Positions 14,632 through 23,481 are shown, counted from the stretch's first letter. The stretch: DNA of 24,000 bases from an uncultured Coriobacteriales bacterium (GCA_903789505.1 CAIFEU010000014.1:3253-27252), one strand, 5' to 3'. A program made the numbers and translations. The notes: generated by a model from the sequence alone, not told the origin.

Positions 14632-15027
14632 TCAGTCGTAGCCCATACCCGCGAGCTGGTCCTCGTCGAGGCCGTAGTAATGCCCGATCTCGTGGACGAC
14701 CGTCTTGCGAATCTCCTCGACGACCTCCTCGCGGGTATCGAAGCAGCGCTCGTGGGGCCCCTTGAAGATGGTGATGATGTCGGGCATGTCGCCCGGCTCG
14801 CCGTAGTCCTGCCCGCGCTCGGTCAGGGCAATCCCCTCGTACAGCCCGAGCAGCTCGCCGCTGTCGCGGTCCTGCGTGCCGAGGTCGGCGTCGCCGAGCT
14901 GCTCGACGTCGGGCTCGTCCTGCAGCGCGATGCCCACGTTGTCCAGCGAGTCGATGAATCGCTGCGGGATGGAGTCGAGCGCCTCCTGGACGGCCTGCTC
15001 GAACTCGTCGTCGGTCATCTTGTACAT
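14632..15027 (-). CDS. Small zincin-like metallopeptidase family protein (DUF1025/Zincin_1 type)
   Basis: Start is the internal ATG 15025-15027 (MYKMTDDEFEQAV), with GGAAAGGAG upstream. HEIGHYYGL zinc motif near the C-terminus. The R/P-rich N-terminal extension of the track ORF is not credible. Confidence 0.8.
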   Translation of the reverse strand: MYKMTDDEFEQAVQEALDSIPQRFIDSLDNVGIALQDEPDVEQLGDADLGTQDRDSGELLGLYEGIALTERGQDYGEPGDMPDIITIFKGPHERCFDTREEVVEEIRKTVVHEIGHYYGLDEDQLAGMGYD

Positions 15028-15316
15028 GGGCCGGACGTCTCCTTTCCGACGGTGTCTCTGGTGTCTCCGCGTGGGTGGGGCACGCGCCGTGCGCGGGCGG
15101 CGCCTCGGGGCGCCCGGCGCCTGCTGGTCCGGCCGCTCCGGTGCTGCCCCGAAGGTCCCTCGCGACCCGACGGACGCCCGCCCTCGCTGACCCCGCAGCA
15201 TACCTCATGACGGGGGCTCGCGGAGGAGGCGGGGCGCGGGCGCGCGAGCGAAGCGCGCGGGCCGGGGCGGGCGGGTGAGGCGTGCGGGGCGCCATTGCCG
15301 GCGAGACCCCGACTTT

Positions 15317-15341
15317 TGGCGGCAAACCGGGGTCGGGGACG
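15317..15341 (+). repeat. Copy A of a dispersed intergenic repeat core (partner at 23077-23101)
   Basis: TGGCGGCAAACCGGGGTCGGGGACG matches TGGCGGCAGACCGGGGTCGGGGACG at 24/25 positions in the same orientation. Weaker collinear similarity continues for ~250 nt. Confidence 0.7.
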
Positions 15342-15930
15342 TCCCCGTGCGGGGCCACGCGCGGACCACCCTCATGGATGATGCCGCTGAGCTGCGATGA
15401 TGCAATCCCGCGTTCCCGCCGCGGCCTCTCCGCGCCTCCGCAGGGGAGCAATCGGACGTCCCCAGCCCCCGTCTGCCGCCACGGAAGCCGCTTCTGCCGG
15501 CGGAGCGCCCACGCGCCCCTGCCCTCGCCCGGCCCCCGCTCCCGCCCGCGCCCCGTGTCCCCCCGCTCCCCGCATCCTCGCGCGGTTCGTGTAAGCCGCC
15601 GCGCCCGTCCCTCAACCGCGGATTTCGCACGCGTAAAGCGGGCGTAAGCATGCATCACATGCCGGTAATCGAGGGGCGACGCCCTCGTGACGGACCTTTG
15701 CCAGGCCGTAGCATTCCACGCGAAACGCCGACGTGCCGCCCGCGTCCCGTCCCATCCGGGCGGGATGGCCCGCACGCCCCGCCTCGGCCGTCCCGCCGCC
15801 ACAGACCCGCCCCGCGCGGGGACGTGTGGCGCGGACGCGTCGGAGCAGTGGGCGTGCCGGAGCAGCGGGGCGGGCGTCGGGCGCGAGTGGCGCGTGAGTC
15901 GAGGACGATGGAAAGGAAGAGGCGACGCAA

Positions 15931-16977
15931 GTGTCGAGTGCATCGAACGTCACGTCGGAAAGCCCGGGCACGCCGACCGCCGTCGGGCAGGCCGTCGAGC
16001 CGGCGGCCGGGGCGTCGGGGTCGGGTCCGAAGCCGGGGCGCGGTTCGTCTGACGCGGGGCTGCGGGCACAGGGGGTGGCACCCAAGCGCAGGGTCGAGGT
16101 GCGCGGCAAGGTCCTGACGGGAGCATGCGTGGCGGTGGTCGCGGCGCTGGTCGTCGCGCTGATCGTCATGATCTGCGGCCAGGGTGTCCAGACGTTCACC
16201 AAGGACGGCGTCCCGTTCTCCAAGTTCCTGTTCGGCACGGCATGGAACCCGACGCGCACCGACGCCGACGGCGTCCCGTACGTCGGGGCGCTGCCGATGA
16301 TTGCCGGCTCGTTCTCCGTCACGCTGCTGTCGTGCCTGTTCGCGCTGCCGTTCGCCCTGGGCTCGTCGATATTCGTCGTCGAGGTGGCGCCGCGCTTCGG
16401 GACGCGCATCTTCAGGCCGGTCACCGAGGTCCTCGTCGGTATCCCGTCGGTCGTGTTCGGCATGATCGGCCTGTACGTGATCGTCCCCCTCATCCGCTCG
16501 ATCGTGGGCGGCACGGGCTACGGAATCATGTCGGCGTCGATCGTGCTGGCCGTCATGATTCTGCCCACGGTCACCTCGCTGTCGATCGACGCGATCGCCT
16601 CGGTGCCCGAGTCGTACCGCGAGGGCTCGCTCGGCCTGGGGTGCACGCGTTGGCAGACGATCGTGCACGTCGTGCTTCCCAGCGCCCTGCCCGGCATCCT
16701 GACGGCGATCGTGCTGGGGATGACCAGGGCGTTCGGCGAGGCGCTGGCCGTCCAGATGGTCATCGGCAGCGGCGGCGCGAGCGTGATGCCCACGAGCCTG
16801 TTCAAGGCCGCGACGACGCTGACCTCGGTCATCACGATGAACATCGGCAACCAGGCGCAGGGCACGCTGTACTACGACGCGCTGTGGTCGCTCGCGATGG
16901 TGCTGCTTGTCATGTCGCTGCTGTTCATCCTCATCGTTCGTCTCATCGGCCGCAAGGGGAGTGTGAAGAATGACTAG
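15931..16977 (+). CDS. pstC: Phosphate ABC transporter permease PstC
   Basis: GTG 15931 follows GGAAAGGAAGAGG. The permease core contains ALPMIAGSFSVTLLS and the EAA-loop-like SVPESYREGSLGLGCTRWQTIVHVVLPSALPGI. Gene order is pstC-pstA-pstB. Confidence 0.9.
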   Translation: MSSASNVTSESPGTPTAVGQAVEPAAGASGSGPKPGRGSSDAGLRAQGVAPKRRVEVRGKVLTGACVAVVAALVVALIVMICGQGVQTFTKDGVPFSKFLFGTAWNPTRTDADGVPYVGALPMIAGSFSVTLLSCLFALPFALGSSIFVVEVAPRFGTRIFRPVTEVLVGIPSVVFGMIGLYVIVPLIRSIVGGTGYGIMSASIVLAVMILPTVTSLSIDAIASVPESYREGSLGLGCTRWQTIVHVVLPSALPGILTAIVLGMTRAFGEALAVQMVIGSGGASVMPTSLFKAATTLTSVITMNIGNQAQGTLYYDALWSLAMVLLVMSLLFILIVRLIGRKGSVKND

Positions 16978-17965
16978 GTCTGACAAGGCCGCGACGAATG
17001 CCGCGGATGCCGCGCCGAGGGCCGGGGCCCAGACGGGCGCGACGCGCGCAGCCAGCGCGATGGACGCCGACACCGCGGCGTCGATGGCGCGGCGGGCGCG
17101 GCGCAGCGATCACGTCGCCACGGGCGTGCTCGCCGTGCTCGTGGGCGTCGTCTGCCTGCTGACGGTGGCGATGGTCGTCTACATCCTCGCGTCGGGCGGC
17201 ACCAAGATGCTCGACTGGTCGTTCCTGACGTCGAACCCATCCGACGGCGGCATCGGCCCGGAGATCTTCAACTCGTTCTACCTGCTGTTCCTCACGCTGC
17301 TGATCTCGCTGCCGCTGTCGCTGGGCGCTGCGATCTTCCTGACGCAGTACGCGCCGTCGGGGCCGGTCACCACCTGCATCAAGACGATCATCGAGGTGCT
17401 CTCGAGCCTTCCGTCGATCGTCGTGGGCCTGTTTGGCTTCCTGGTGTTCGTCATCAAGTTCGGCTGGCAGTTCTCGATCATCGCCGGCGCGTGCGCCCTG
17501 ACGATGTTCAACCTTCCGATCATGGTGCGCGTGATCCAGCAGGCCTTGGAGGCGGTGCCGCGCGGCCAGCGCGACGCCGGCCTGGCGATGGGCCTCACGC
17601 GCTGGGAGACGACGATTCACGTGCTGATCCCCAGCGCCATCCCCGCGATCGTGACGGGCGTGATCCTGTCGGCGGGTCGCGTGTTCGGCGAGGCGGCGGC
17701 GCTGATCTACACCGCCGGCCAGTCGGCCCCGGCGATCGACTTCACGAACTTCGACATCACGAGCGCGAGCTGCCCGTGGAACGTGTTCCGGCCCGCCGAG
17801 ACGCTGGCCGTGCACATCTGGAAGCTCAACAGCGAGAGCGTCGTCACCGACGCCGCGGCGATCTCGGCGGGCACGGCGGCGTTCCTCGTGGCCTGCATCC
17901 TGGTGTTCAACATCCTGGCGCGCATCATCGGCCGCGCCCTCGAGAAGAAGGTGACGGCGGCATGA
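16970..17965 (+). CDS. pstA: Phosphate ABC transporter permease PstA
   Basis: ATG 16970 overlaps the pstC stop (ATGACTAG). Motif [36 protein letters not shown]. Confidence 0.9.
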   Translation: MTRSDKAATNAADAAPRAGAQTGATRAASAMDADTAASMARRARRSDHVATGVLAVLVGVVCLLTVAMVVYILASGGTKMLDWSFLTSNPSDGGIGPEIFNSFYLLFLTLLISLPLSLGAAIFLTQYAPSGPVTTCIKTIIEVLSSLPSIVVGLFGFLVFVIKFGWQFSIIAGACALTMFNLPIMVRVIQQALEAVPRGQRDAGLAMGLTRWETTIHVLIPSAIPAIVTGVILSAGRVFGEAAALIYTAGQSAPAIDFTNFDITSASCPWNVFRPAETLAVHIWKLNSESVVTDAAAISAGTAAFLVACILVFNILARIIGRALEKKVTAA

Positions 17966-18831
17966 CGACCATCGAGCCCGAGACGTCGGGGGCTTCCGCG
18001 ACCGCTGCGGCGGCCCCGGGAGCGGCCCCGGCGGACGCCCCCCGCACCACGCCCGCCGAGCGCCCGTCCGACGGGGAGCACCTGCTCTCGACGCGCGACG
18101 TGAGCGTGCTGTACGGCGACAACCGCGCCCTCAAGCCCACGACGCTGGACTTCGACGCGGGCACCGTCACGGCGCTGATCGGCCCGTCGGGCTGCGGCAA
18201 GTCGACGTTTTTGCGCTGCATCAACATGATGAACCGCGAGATCCCGCACTGCCGCGTCGAGGGGCACATCTGGTACGGCGGCGTCGACGTCAACGCCCCC
18301 GACACCGACCTGTACGAGGTCCGTCGGCGCATCGGGATGGTGTTCCAGCAGCCCAACCCGTTCAACAAGAGCATCTACGACAACATCGCGTTCGCGCCTC
18401 GTCGGCACGGCGTCAAGGGGCGCAAGCAGCTCGACCAGCTCGTCGAGGAGAGCCTGCGCGGCGCCGCGCTGTGGGACGAGGTCAAGGATGACCTGCACAA
18501 GAGCGGCAGGGCGCTCTCGGGCGGCCAGCAGCAGCGCCTGTGCATCGCGCGCACGCTGGCCCTGCACCCCGACGTGATCCTGATGGACGAGCCGTGCTCG
18601 GCGCTCGACCCCATCGCCACGCTCGCGATCGAGCAGACGGTTCGCGACATCGTCGCGACCGGCATCTGCGTGATCATCGTGACGCACAACATGGAGCAGG
18701 CGGCACGCGTGTCGGACCGCACCGCGTTCTTCTACCTGGGGGAGATGGTCGAGACCGGCCCGACCGCGCACCTGATGAAGATGCCGAAGGACCAGCGCCT
18801 GTCCGACTATCTCACGGGAAGGTTCAGCTGA
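17962..18831 (+). CDS. pstB: Phosphate ABC transporter ATP-binding protein PstB (copy 1)
   Basis: ATG 17962 overlaps the pstA stop (ATGA). Walker [10 protein letters not shown], followed by FLRCINMMN, signature [16 protein letters not shown] and Walker B ILMDEP. The C-terminus DYLTGRFS is typical of PstB. Confidence 0.92.
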   Translation: MTTIEPETSGASATAAAAPGAAPADAPRTTPAERPSDGEHLLSTRDVSVLYGDNRALKPTTLDFDAGTVTALIGPSGCGKSTFLRCINMMNREIPHCRVEGHIWYGGVDVNAPDTDLYEVRRRIGMVFQQPNPFNKSIYDNIAFAPRRHGVKGRKQLDQLVEESLRGAALWDEVKDDLHKSGRALSGGQQQRLCIARTLALHPDVILMDEPCSALDPIATLAIEQTVRDIVATGICVIIVTHNMEQAARVSDRTAFFYLGEMVETGPTAHLMKMPKDQRLSDYLTGRFS

Positions 18832-19658
18832 TGGACGAGATGGATGACAACCTGACCGAGAGCGCCCCGGCGGCGGGCGCCCGCGCAACGGTGACCCCGG
18901 CGGCTGGCGGCGCGGAGGTGGTCGCGCGCGACGTCGACCTGTTCTACGGCGACCACCAGGCGCTGTTCGACGTGAGCCTCGACATGCCCGCCAACAAGGT
19001 GACGGCGCTGATCGGCCCGTCGGGCTGCGGCAAGTCGACGTTCCTGCGCTGCATAAACCGCATGAACGACCGCATCGCCGGTTGCCGGCACACCGGCAGC
19101 ATCACGCTCGACGGGCAGGACGTCGACACGCAGATCGACGAGTACCTGCTGCGCACGCGCGTCGGCATGGTGTTCCAGAGGCCGAACCCGTTCCCGCTGT
19201 CGATCTTCGACAACGTCGCGTACGGCCCGCGCCGCCACGGCAAGCCCAGCCGCGAGGCGCTGCGCCAGACCGTGCAGCGCTGCCTGGAGCGCGTGGGGCT
19301 GTGGGACGAGGTCAAGGACGACCTCAAGAAGAGCGGCCTGGGACTCTCGGGCGGACAGCAGCAGCGCCTGTGCATCGCGCGCACGCTGGCGGTGGACCCG
19401 CAGGTCCTGCTGATGGACGAGCCCACCAGCGCCCTGGACCCCATCTCGACCTCCCTGGTGGAGGACCTCATGAGCGACCTGGCGAGCGACCACACGGTGA
19501 TCGTCGTCACGCACAACATGCAGCAGGCGACGCGCGTGAGCGACTACACCGCCTTCTTCTACATGGGCAAGCTCGTGGAGACCGCCCCCACGACCGAGCT
19601 GTTCTCGCGCCCCAAGGAGAAGCAGACCGAGGACTACCTCACCGGCAGGTTCAGCTAG
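18831..19658 (+). CDS. pstB: Phosphate ABC transporter ATP-binding protein PstB (copy 2)
   Basis: ATG 18831 overlaps the copy-1 stop by 1 nt (TGATG). Walker [10 protein letters not shown], then [25 protein letters not shown] and LLMDEP, ending DYLTGRFS. Confidence 0.92.
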   Translation: MDEMDDNLTESAPAAGARATVTPAAGGAEVVARDVDLFYGDHQALFDVSLDMPANKVTALIGPSGCGKSTFLRCINRMNDRIAGCRHTGSITLDGQDVDTQIDEYLLRTRVGMVFQRPNPFPLSIFDNVAYGPRRHGKPSREALRQTVQRCLERVGLWDEVKDDLKKSGLGLSGGQQQRLCIARTLAVDPQVLLMDEPTSALDPISTSLVEDLMSDLASDHTVIVVTHNMQQATRVSDYTAFFYMGKLVETAPTTELFSRPKEKQTEDYLTGRFS

Positions 19659-19765
19659 CCGGCGGCGGGTGCGGCGTGCCGGGCCCGCGGGGACGGCGCG
19701 TCGCGAGCGAGGGCCACGGCGCACGGGCGGTCCCGGGCGCCACGAACGCCACCACGAACGAACAG

Positions 19766-20500
19766 ATGACGAGGAGCGTGCATCGACAAATGGTCAAGAA
19801 CAAGACGCGGGCAGCCTACATCCAGCAGATCGAGGAGCTCGACGGCCTCGTCTCGCGCCTGGGCGAGGTCGTGGTGGCGGCGGTCCGCGCCACGGGGCAC
19901 GCCCTGGGCGAGGCTGACGAGGCGGCGGCGCGCGGCGTCGTCGAGGGCCGGGGGTCCGCAGACCGCCTGCACCGCTCGGTCGAGGACTCCTGCATGGGCC
20001 TCATGCTGCTGCAGCAGCCCCTCGCGGGGGACCTGCGCCTGGTAACGGCGTCGTTTCGCATGGAGAGCGACCTCGCGCGCATCGAGGAGATGGCGGTCGA
20101 CATCGCCCAGCTGGCGCCCGACGTGATCGGCAAGCGGGTCCCGCCGACGATCACCGGCGACCTCGCCATGCTCTCTGCCCAGGTCGCTACAATGGTCGAG
20201 AGCGCCGTCGACGCGTTCAGCCGCTCCGACGCCGACGCTGCCACGGCTGTGTTCCCGCTCGACAACGGTGTCGACGCCTCGTTCGGCAAGATCCGCGCGA
20301 TGATCGTCGACAACCTGCGCTCCGACGACTCCTTCGCCGACGTCGCCGCCGAGCTGCTGATGATCGCGAAGTACTACGAGCGCATGGGCGACCACGCCCA
20401 GCAGGTGGCTGATTGGGCGATTTTCAGGACCACCGGGCTGTACCGGGGCCGTCCGATGGGCGAAGATAGTCTCGACCAGGCGGACTGGTCGGCCAGGTAG
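19766..20500 (+). CDS. phoU: Phosphate signalling regulator PhoU
   Basis: Two PhoU repeats with PLAGDLRLVTASFRMESDLARIEEMAVDIA and AAELLMIAKYYERMGDHAQQVADWAIF. The start is uncertain: ATG 19766 or ATG 19790 (MVKNK). The track ORF start at 19082 is an artefact. Confidence 0.85.
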   Translation: MTRSVHRQMVKNKTRAAYIQQIEELDGLVSRLGEVVVAAVRATGHALGEADEAAARGVVEGRGSADRLHRSVEDSCMGLMLLQQPLAGDLRLVTASFRMESDLARIEEMAVDIAQLAPDVIGKRVPPTITGDLAMLSAQVATMVESAVDAFSRSDADAATAVFPLDNGVDASFGKIRAMIVDNLRSDDSFADVAAELLMIAKYYERMGDHAQQVADWAIFRTTGLYRGRPMGEDSLDQADWSAR

Positions 20501-20632
20501 GGGCAGTGCCCGCGGGGGCGCCGCGCGCTGCGACGAGGGGCTCGCCGCGGCGGGGCGCCCGCGCGGGAGGTGGGTCGCCGCGCCCCGCGGTGAGGGGTCG
20601 CGGTCGGGCGAGGCTAGAGAGGCAGAAGCAGC

Positions 20633-21346
20633 GTGGTCTACTACGTCGAGGACGACACCAACATCAGGGAACTCACCATCTACGCGCTGATGCAGGCGGG
20701 GATCGAGGCCAAGGGATTCTCCGACGACCTCGCGTTCCGCCGCGCATGCGCCCAGCAGAAGCCCGACGCCGTGCTGCTCGACATCATGCTGCCCGACACC
20801 GACGGCCTGGCGATTCTCAAGCGCATCCGCCAGACGCCCGACCTGCAGAACGTCCCCGTCATGATGATGACCGCCAAGGACACCGAGCTCGACGCCGTCA
20901 GGGCGCTCGACGGCGGCGCCGACGACTACCTGGCGAAGCCGTTCGGCATGATGGAGATGGTCAGCCGCGTGCGCGCGCTGCTGCGCCGCACGGGGATGGG
21001 CCAGCAGGGGTCGCCCCAGAGCGATGAGGTCACCGTCGGCCCGATCACGCTGTCCGACTCGCGGCGCGAGGCGTCGATCGACGGGGCGCCGCTCGACCTG
21101 ACGATGCGCGAGTTCGACCTGCTCAGCTTCCTGATGCAGCACCCGGGCGTGGTGCAGTCGCGCGAGACGCTGCTGCAGCGCGTGTGGGGCTGGGAGTTCG
21201 ACGGTGGCAGCCGCACCGTCGACGTGCACGTGCAGACGCTGAGGGCGAAGCTGGGCGAGCACGCCGACATGATCGAGACGGTCCGCGGCGTCGGCTACCG
21301 CCTCAAGGACGAGCGCCGCGACGAGCGGAAGGATGAGCGCTCGTGA
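20633..21346 (+). CDS. OmpR/PhoB-family response regulator (Pho-type by context)
   Basis: GTG start. Receiver domain YYVEDD...VLLDIMLPDTDG...MMMTAKD...YLAKPF. Winged-helix output domain LTMREFDLLSFLMQHPGVVQSRETLLQRVWG...RTVDVHVQTLRAKLG...ETVRGVGYRL. Confidence 0.9.
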   Translation: MVYYVEDDTNIRELTIYALMQAGIEAKGFSDDLAFRRACAQQKPDAVLLDIMLPDTDGLAILKRIRQTPDLQNVPVMMMTAKDTELDAVRALDGGADDYLAKPFGMMEMVSRVRALLRRTGMGQQGSPQSDEVTVGPITLSDSRREASIDGAPLDLTMREFDLLSFLMQHPGVVQSRETLLQRVWGWEFDGGSRTVDVHVQTLRAKLGEHADMIETVRGVGYRLKDERRDERKDERS

Positions 21347-23040
21347 GACTCTCGGGGGGCGCACCCCCCGCCCGCGGGGACGACGCCGCCCGCACGGACC
21401 GCTCCGCGCGCAAGTGGCCATCGCTGACCAGGCGGATCTTCGTCGCTCTGCTCTCGGTCGCGCTCGCCGTGAGCGTCATCATCGCGGCGTTCTCGGCGTA
21501 CGTCCTCGACAAGGAGACGACCGACGCCAGCCGCGAGCGCCTGGCCGGCGAGTGCGCCTCTCTGGCGGCCATCCTTGACGACCTGAGCTCCCGGGGCATC
21601 GAGCCTGCCGACCTGCTCGACGAGGCGCATCTTTCCGACGACCGCGTCACCCTGATCGCAGCCGACGGCACGGTGCTCTACGACTCGGTGGAGGCCGACG
21701 TCTCGACGATGGGCAACCATGCCTCGCGTCCCGAGGTGCAGCAGGCGCTGCAAAGCGGGTCGGGCAGCGACGAGCGCCCGAGCGAGACGCTGGGATACAA
21801 CAGCATCTACCAGGCGCAGCTCCTCGCGAACGGGCAGGTCCTGCGTCTGTCGATCGACCGCAAGGGCATCGTCTCGGCGGTCGCAGAGAACCTGCCGATC
21901 TTCCTGGGGTCGGCGGTCGTGCTGGCACTGGTGTGCTGGGTGCTGTCGGTCGTGCTCGGGCGGCAGCTGATGAAGCCGATCCTGAGCATCGAGCCGACGA
22001 CGGGCGGCAAGCCGACGCGCTCCTACCGTGAGCTCGCGCCGCTGGTCAAGCGCCTCGACGAGCAGCAGGCGACGCTGATCAGCCAGATGGACTCGCTGCG
22101 CGATGCGAACGCGATGCGCCTGCAGTTCACCGCCAACGTGACCCACGAGCTCAAGACGCCGCTGACGTCGATCTCGGGAGCTGCCGAGCTGATTCGCGAC
22201 GGCATCGCGCGCCCCGAGCACGTTCCCGACTTCGCCGGTCGCATATACGACGAGGCGGCGCACCTGACGGACCTGGTCAACGACATCCTGACGCTGTCGC
22301 GCCTCGACGAGTCCGAGCGCGCCGGCGACCAGAGTGTCGTGGGGCCGATGGAGCCGGTCGACCTGCTGACGATTGCCCGCGCGGTGGTCGACCGACTCGC
22401 GCGGCCTGCGGACAAGGCTCAGGTCAGCATCACCTGCATCGGGAGATCGCAGGTCATGACGGGGCAGGCGCGCCTGCTCGACGAGCTGATTTATAACCTG
22501 TGCGACAACGCCATCCGCTACAACAAGCCGGGTGGCTGGGTCCTGGTGGAGGTGGGCAGCCACCTGCCCGGGGAGACCGGCGCCTCGTGGGGCGCCTTCG
22601 GCGGAGCGGGCGGCGAGGCGACCTCCGGCGGCGCCGGCGACGGGCGCGCGCTGCCCGCACCGACGACGATCGTCACGGCGCCGCCCGCGGGGGATGGCAC
22701 GGGGGCGGACGGGGTCGCCGCGCCTGCCGCGCCGGTGCCCGCACAGGTGACGGGGCATGCGGGCGCGCGCTCCCCGAGGGCGGGCGAGGACGCCGGCGAC
22801 GACGGCAGGGTGCCCTTCGTCCGCGTGAGCGACAACGGCCGCGGCATCCCCAAGGAGAGCCAGCGCAAGGTGTTCGAGCGGTTCTACCGCATGGAGAAGA
22901 GCCGCTCGCGCGAGAGCGGCGGCACCGGGCTGGGCCTGGCGATTGTCAAGCACGCCGCCGCGTTCCACGGCGCGACGATCATCGTCGAGAGTGAGCCCGG
23001 CAAGGGCACGAGCATCACGGTCGACTTCCCGCGGGCGTAG
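21343..23040 (+). CDS. Sensor histidine kinase (PhoR-like by context) with a low-complexity insertion in the ATPase domain
   Basis: GTG 21343 overlaps the regulator stop (GTGA), with GGAAGGA upstream. Two TM helices flank a ~130-aa outer loop. H-box FTANVTHELKTPLTSI, N-box LIYNLCDNAIRYN, G1 VSDNGRGIP, G2 GGTGLGLAIVK. Confidence 0.88.
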   Translation: MRLSGGAPPARGDDAARTDRSARKWPSLTRRIFVALLSVALAVSVIIAAFSAYVLDKETTDASRERLAGECASLAAILDDLSSRGIEPADLLDEAHLSDDRVTLIAADGTVLYDSVEADVSTMGNHASRPEVQQALQSGSGSDERPSETLGYNSIYQAQLLANGQVLRLSIDRKGIVSAVAENLPIFLGSAVVLALVCWVLSVVLGRQLMKPILSIEPTTGGKPTRSYRELAPLVKRLDEQQATLISQMDSLRDANAMRLQFTANVTHELKTPLTSISGAAELIRDGIARPEHVPDFAGRIYDEAAHLTDLVNDILTLSRLDESERAGDQSVVGPMEPVDLLTIARAVVDRLARPADKAQVSITCIGRSQVMTGQARLLDELIYNLCDNAIRYNKPGGWVLVEVGSHLPGETGASWGAFGGAGGEATSGGAGDGRALPAPTTIVTAPPAGDGTGADGVAAPAAPVPAQVTGHAGARSPRAGEDAGDDGRVPFVRVSDNGRGIPKESQRKVFERFYRMEKSRSRESGGTGLGLAIVKHAAAFHGATIIVESEPGKGTSITVDFPRA

Positions 23041-23076
23041 CGGCGCGCCCCGGCGCGTCGGCTGGACTGCCAATCC

Positions 23077-23101
23077 TGGCGGCAGACCGGGGTCGGGGAC
23101 G
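23077..23101 (+). repeat. Copy B of the dispersed intergenic repeat core (partner at 15317-15341)
   Basis: TGGCGGCAGACCGGGGTCGGGGACG. See copy A. The collinear downstream blocks start GCCACGG...GCCGGC.GAG.GCGCCC at 23227 here and at 15478 in copy A. Confidence 0.7.
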
Positions 23102-23433
23102 CTCCACGGGGCGCCTCCGGGAGCCGTCGTCGCCTTCGTGCGCACATCGTCGCAGGTCAGTACGGTGCCCTGCATACGGGGCCTCGCGAAAGGGCCCCGG
23201 GCCCGCATCCCCAACCCCGCTTTCCAGCCACGGCGGGGCCTCCCGCCGGCAGAGTGCGCCCGCCCGCCTTAGTCGCGGCTGCCACGACGGGAGCTCCCCG
23301 TCCCCCGTCGTCGCTCCGTGCTCCCCGCTCGCCCCCGCGCTTTGCCCTTCCTGCTCGCTCTCGTTCCCGTCCTGCCTTGCGACGAGCGCGCCCCGCGAAT
23401 GTAGCGCCCCGATGGACGTCGCGGGCGCGTCCC

Positions 23434-23481
23434 TTGAACGAGTCCGATTTCGGACTATCATGATGGTCCGAAATTGGATTC
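23434..23481 (+). promoter_or_regulatory. Candidate marR promoter overlapped by a 42-bp near-perfect palindrome (operator)
   Basis: TTGAAC (23434-23439), 16-nt spacer, TATCAT (23456-23461). The palindrome GAGTCCGATTTCGGACTATCA|TGATGGTCCGAAATTGGATTC spans 23440-23481, with 18 of 21 arm positions complementary. It is a locally AT-rich patch ~90 nt upstream of ATG 23572. Confidence 0.5.

Noticed and set aside
14549-15943. 464-aa minus-strand ORF covering the 0.9-kb gap, plus smaller ORFs 15075-15278, 15205-15651, 15282-15647 and 15650-16117
   Set aside because: All are Arg/Pro/Gly/Ala-rich with no motifs. The 464-aa ORF also overlaps the zincin gene out of frame. I treat the gap as non-coding pending sensitive searches.
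16075-16077. Alternative internal GTG start for pstC that would remove the ~48-aa hydrophilic N-terminal extension
   Set aside because: It has no properly spaced SD, whereas GTG 15931 has GGAAAGGAAGAGG 8-10 nt upstream. The start remains somewhat uncertain.
15612-19724. Minus-strand ORFs antisense to pstC, pstA and both pstB genes (15612-16514, 15655-17073, 16943-17815, 17707-18888, 18807-19724)
   Set aside because: They are antisense artefacts. The plus-strand genes are unambiguous and translationally coupled.
19740-19760. Direct repeat CCACGAACG x2 (19740-19748 and 19752-19760) just upstream of phoU
   Set aside because: It is short, lies only 6 nt from the candidate start codon, and could be chance. 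I have noted it but it is not strong enough to call a regulatory site.
19655-23214. Minus-strand ORFs 19655-21421 (588 aa) and 21295-23214 (639 aa)
   Set aside because: They are antisense to phoU, the response regulator and the kinase, with low-complexity R/A/G/D content and no motifs.
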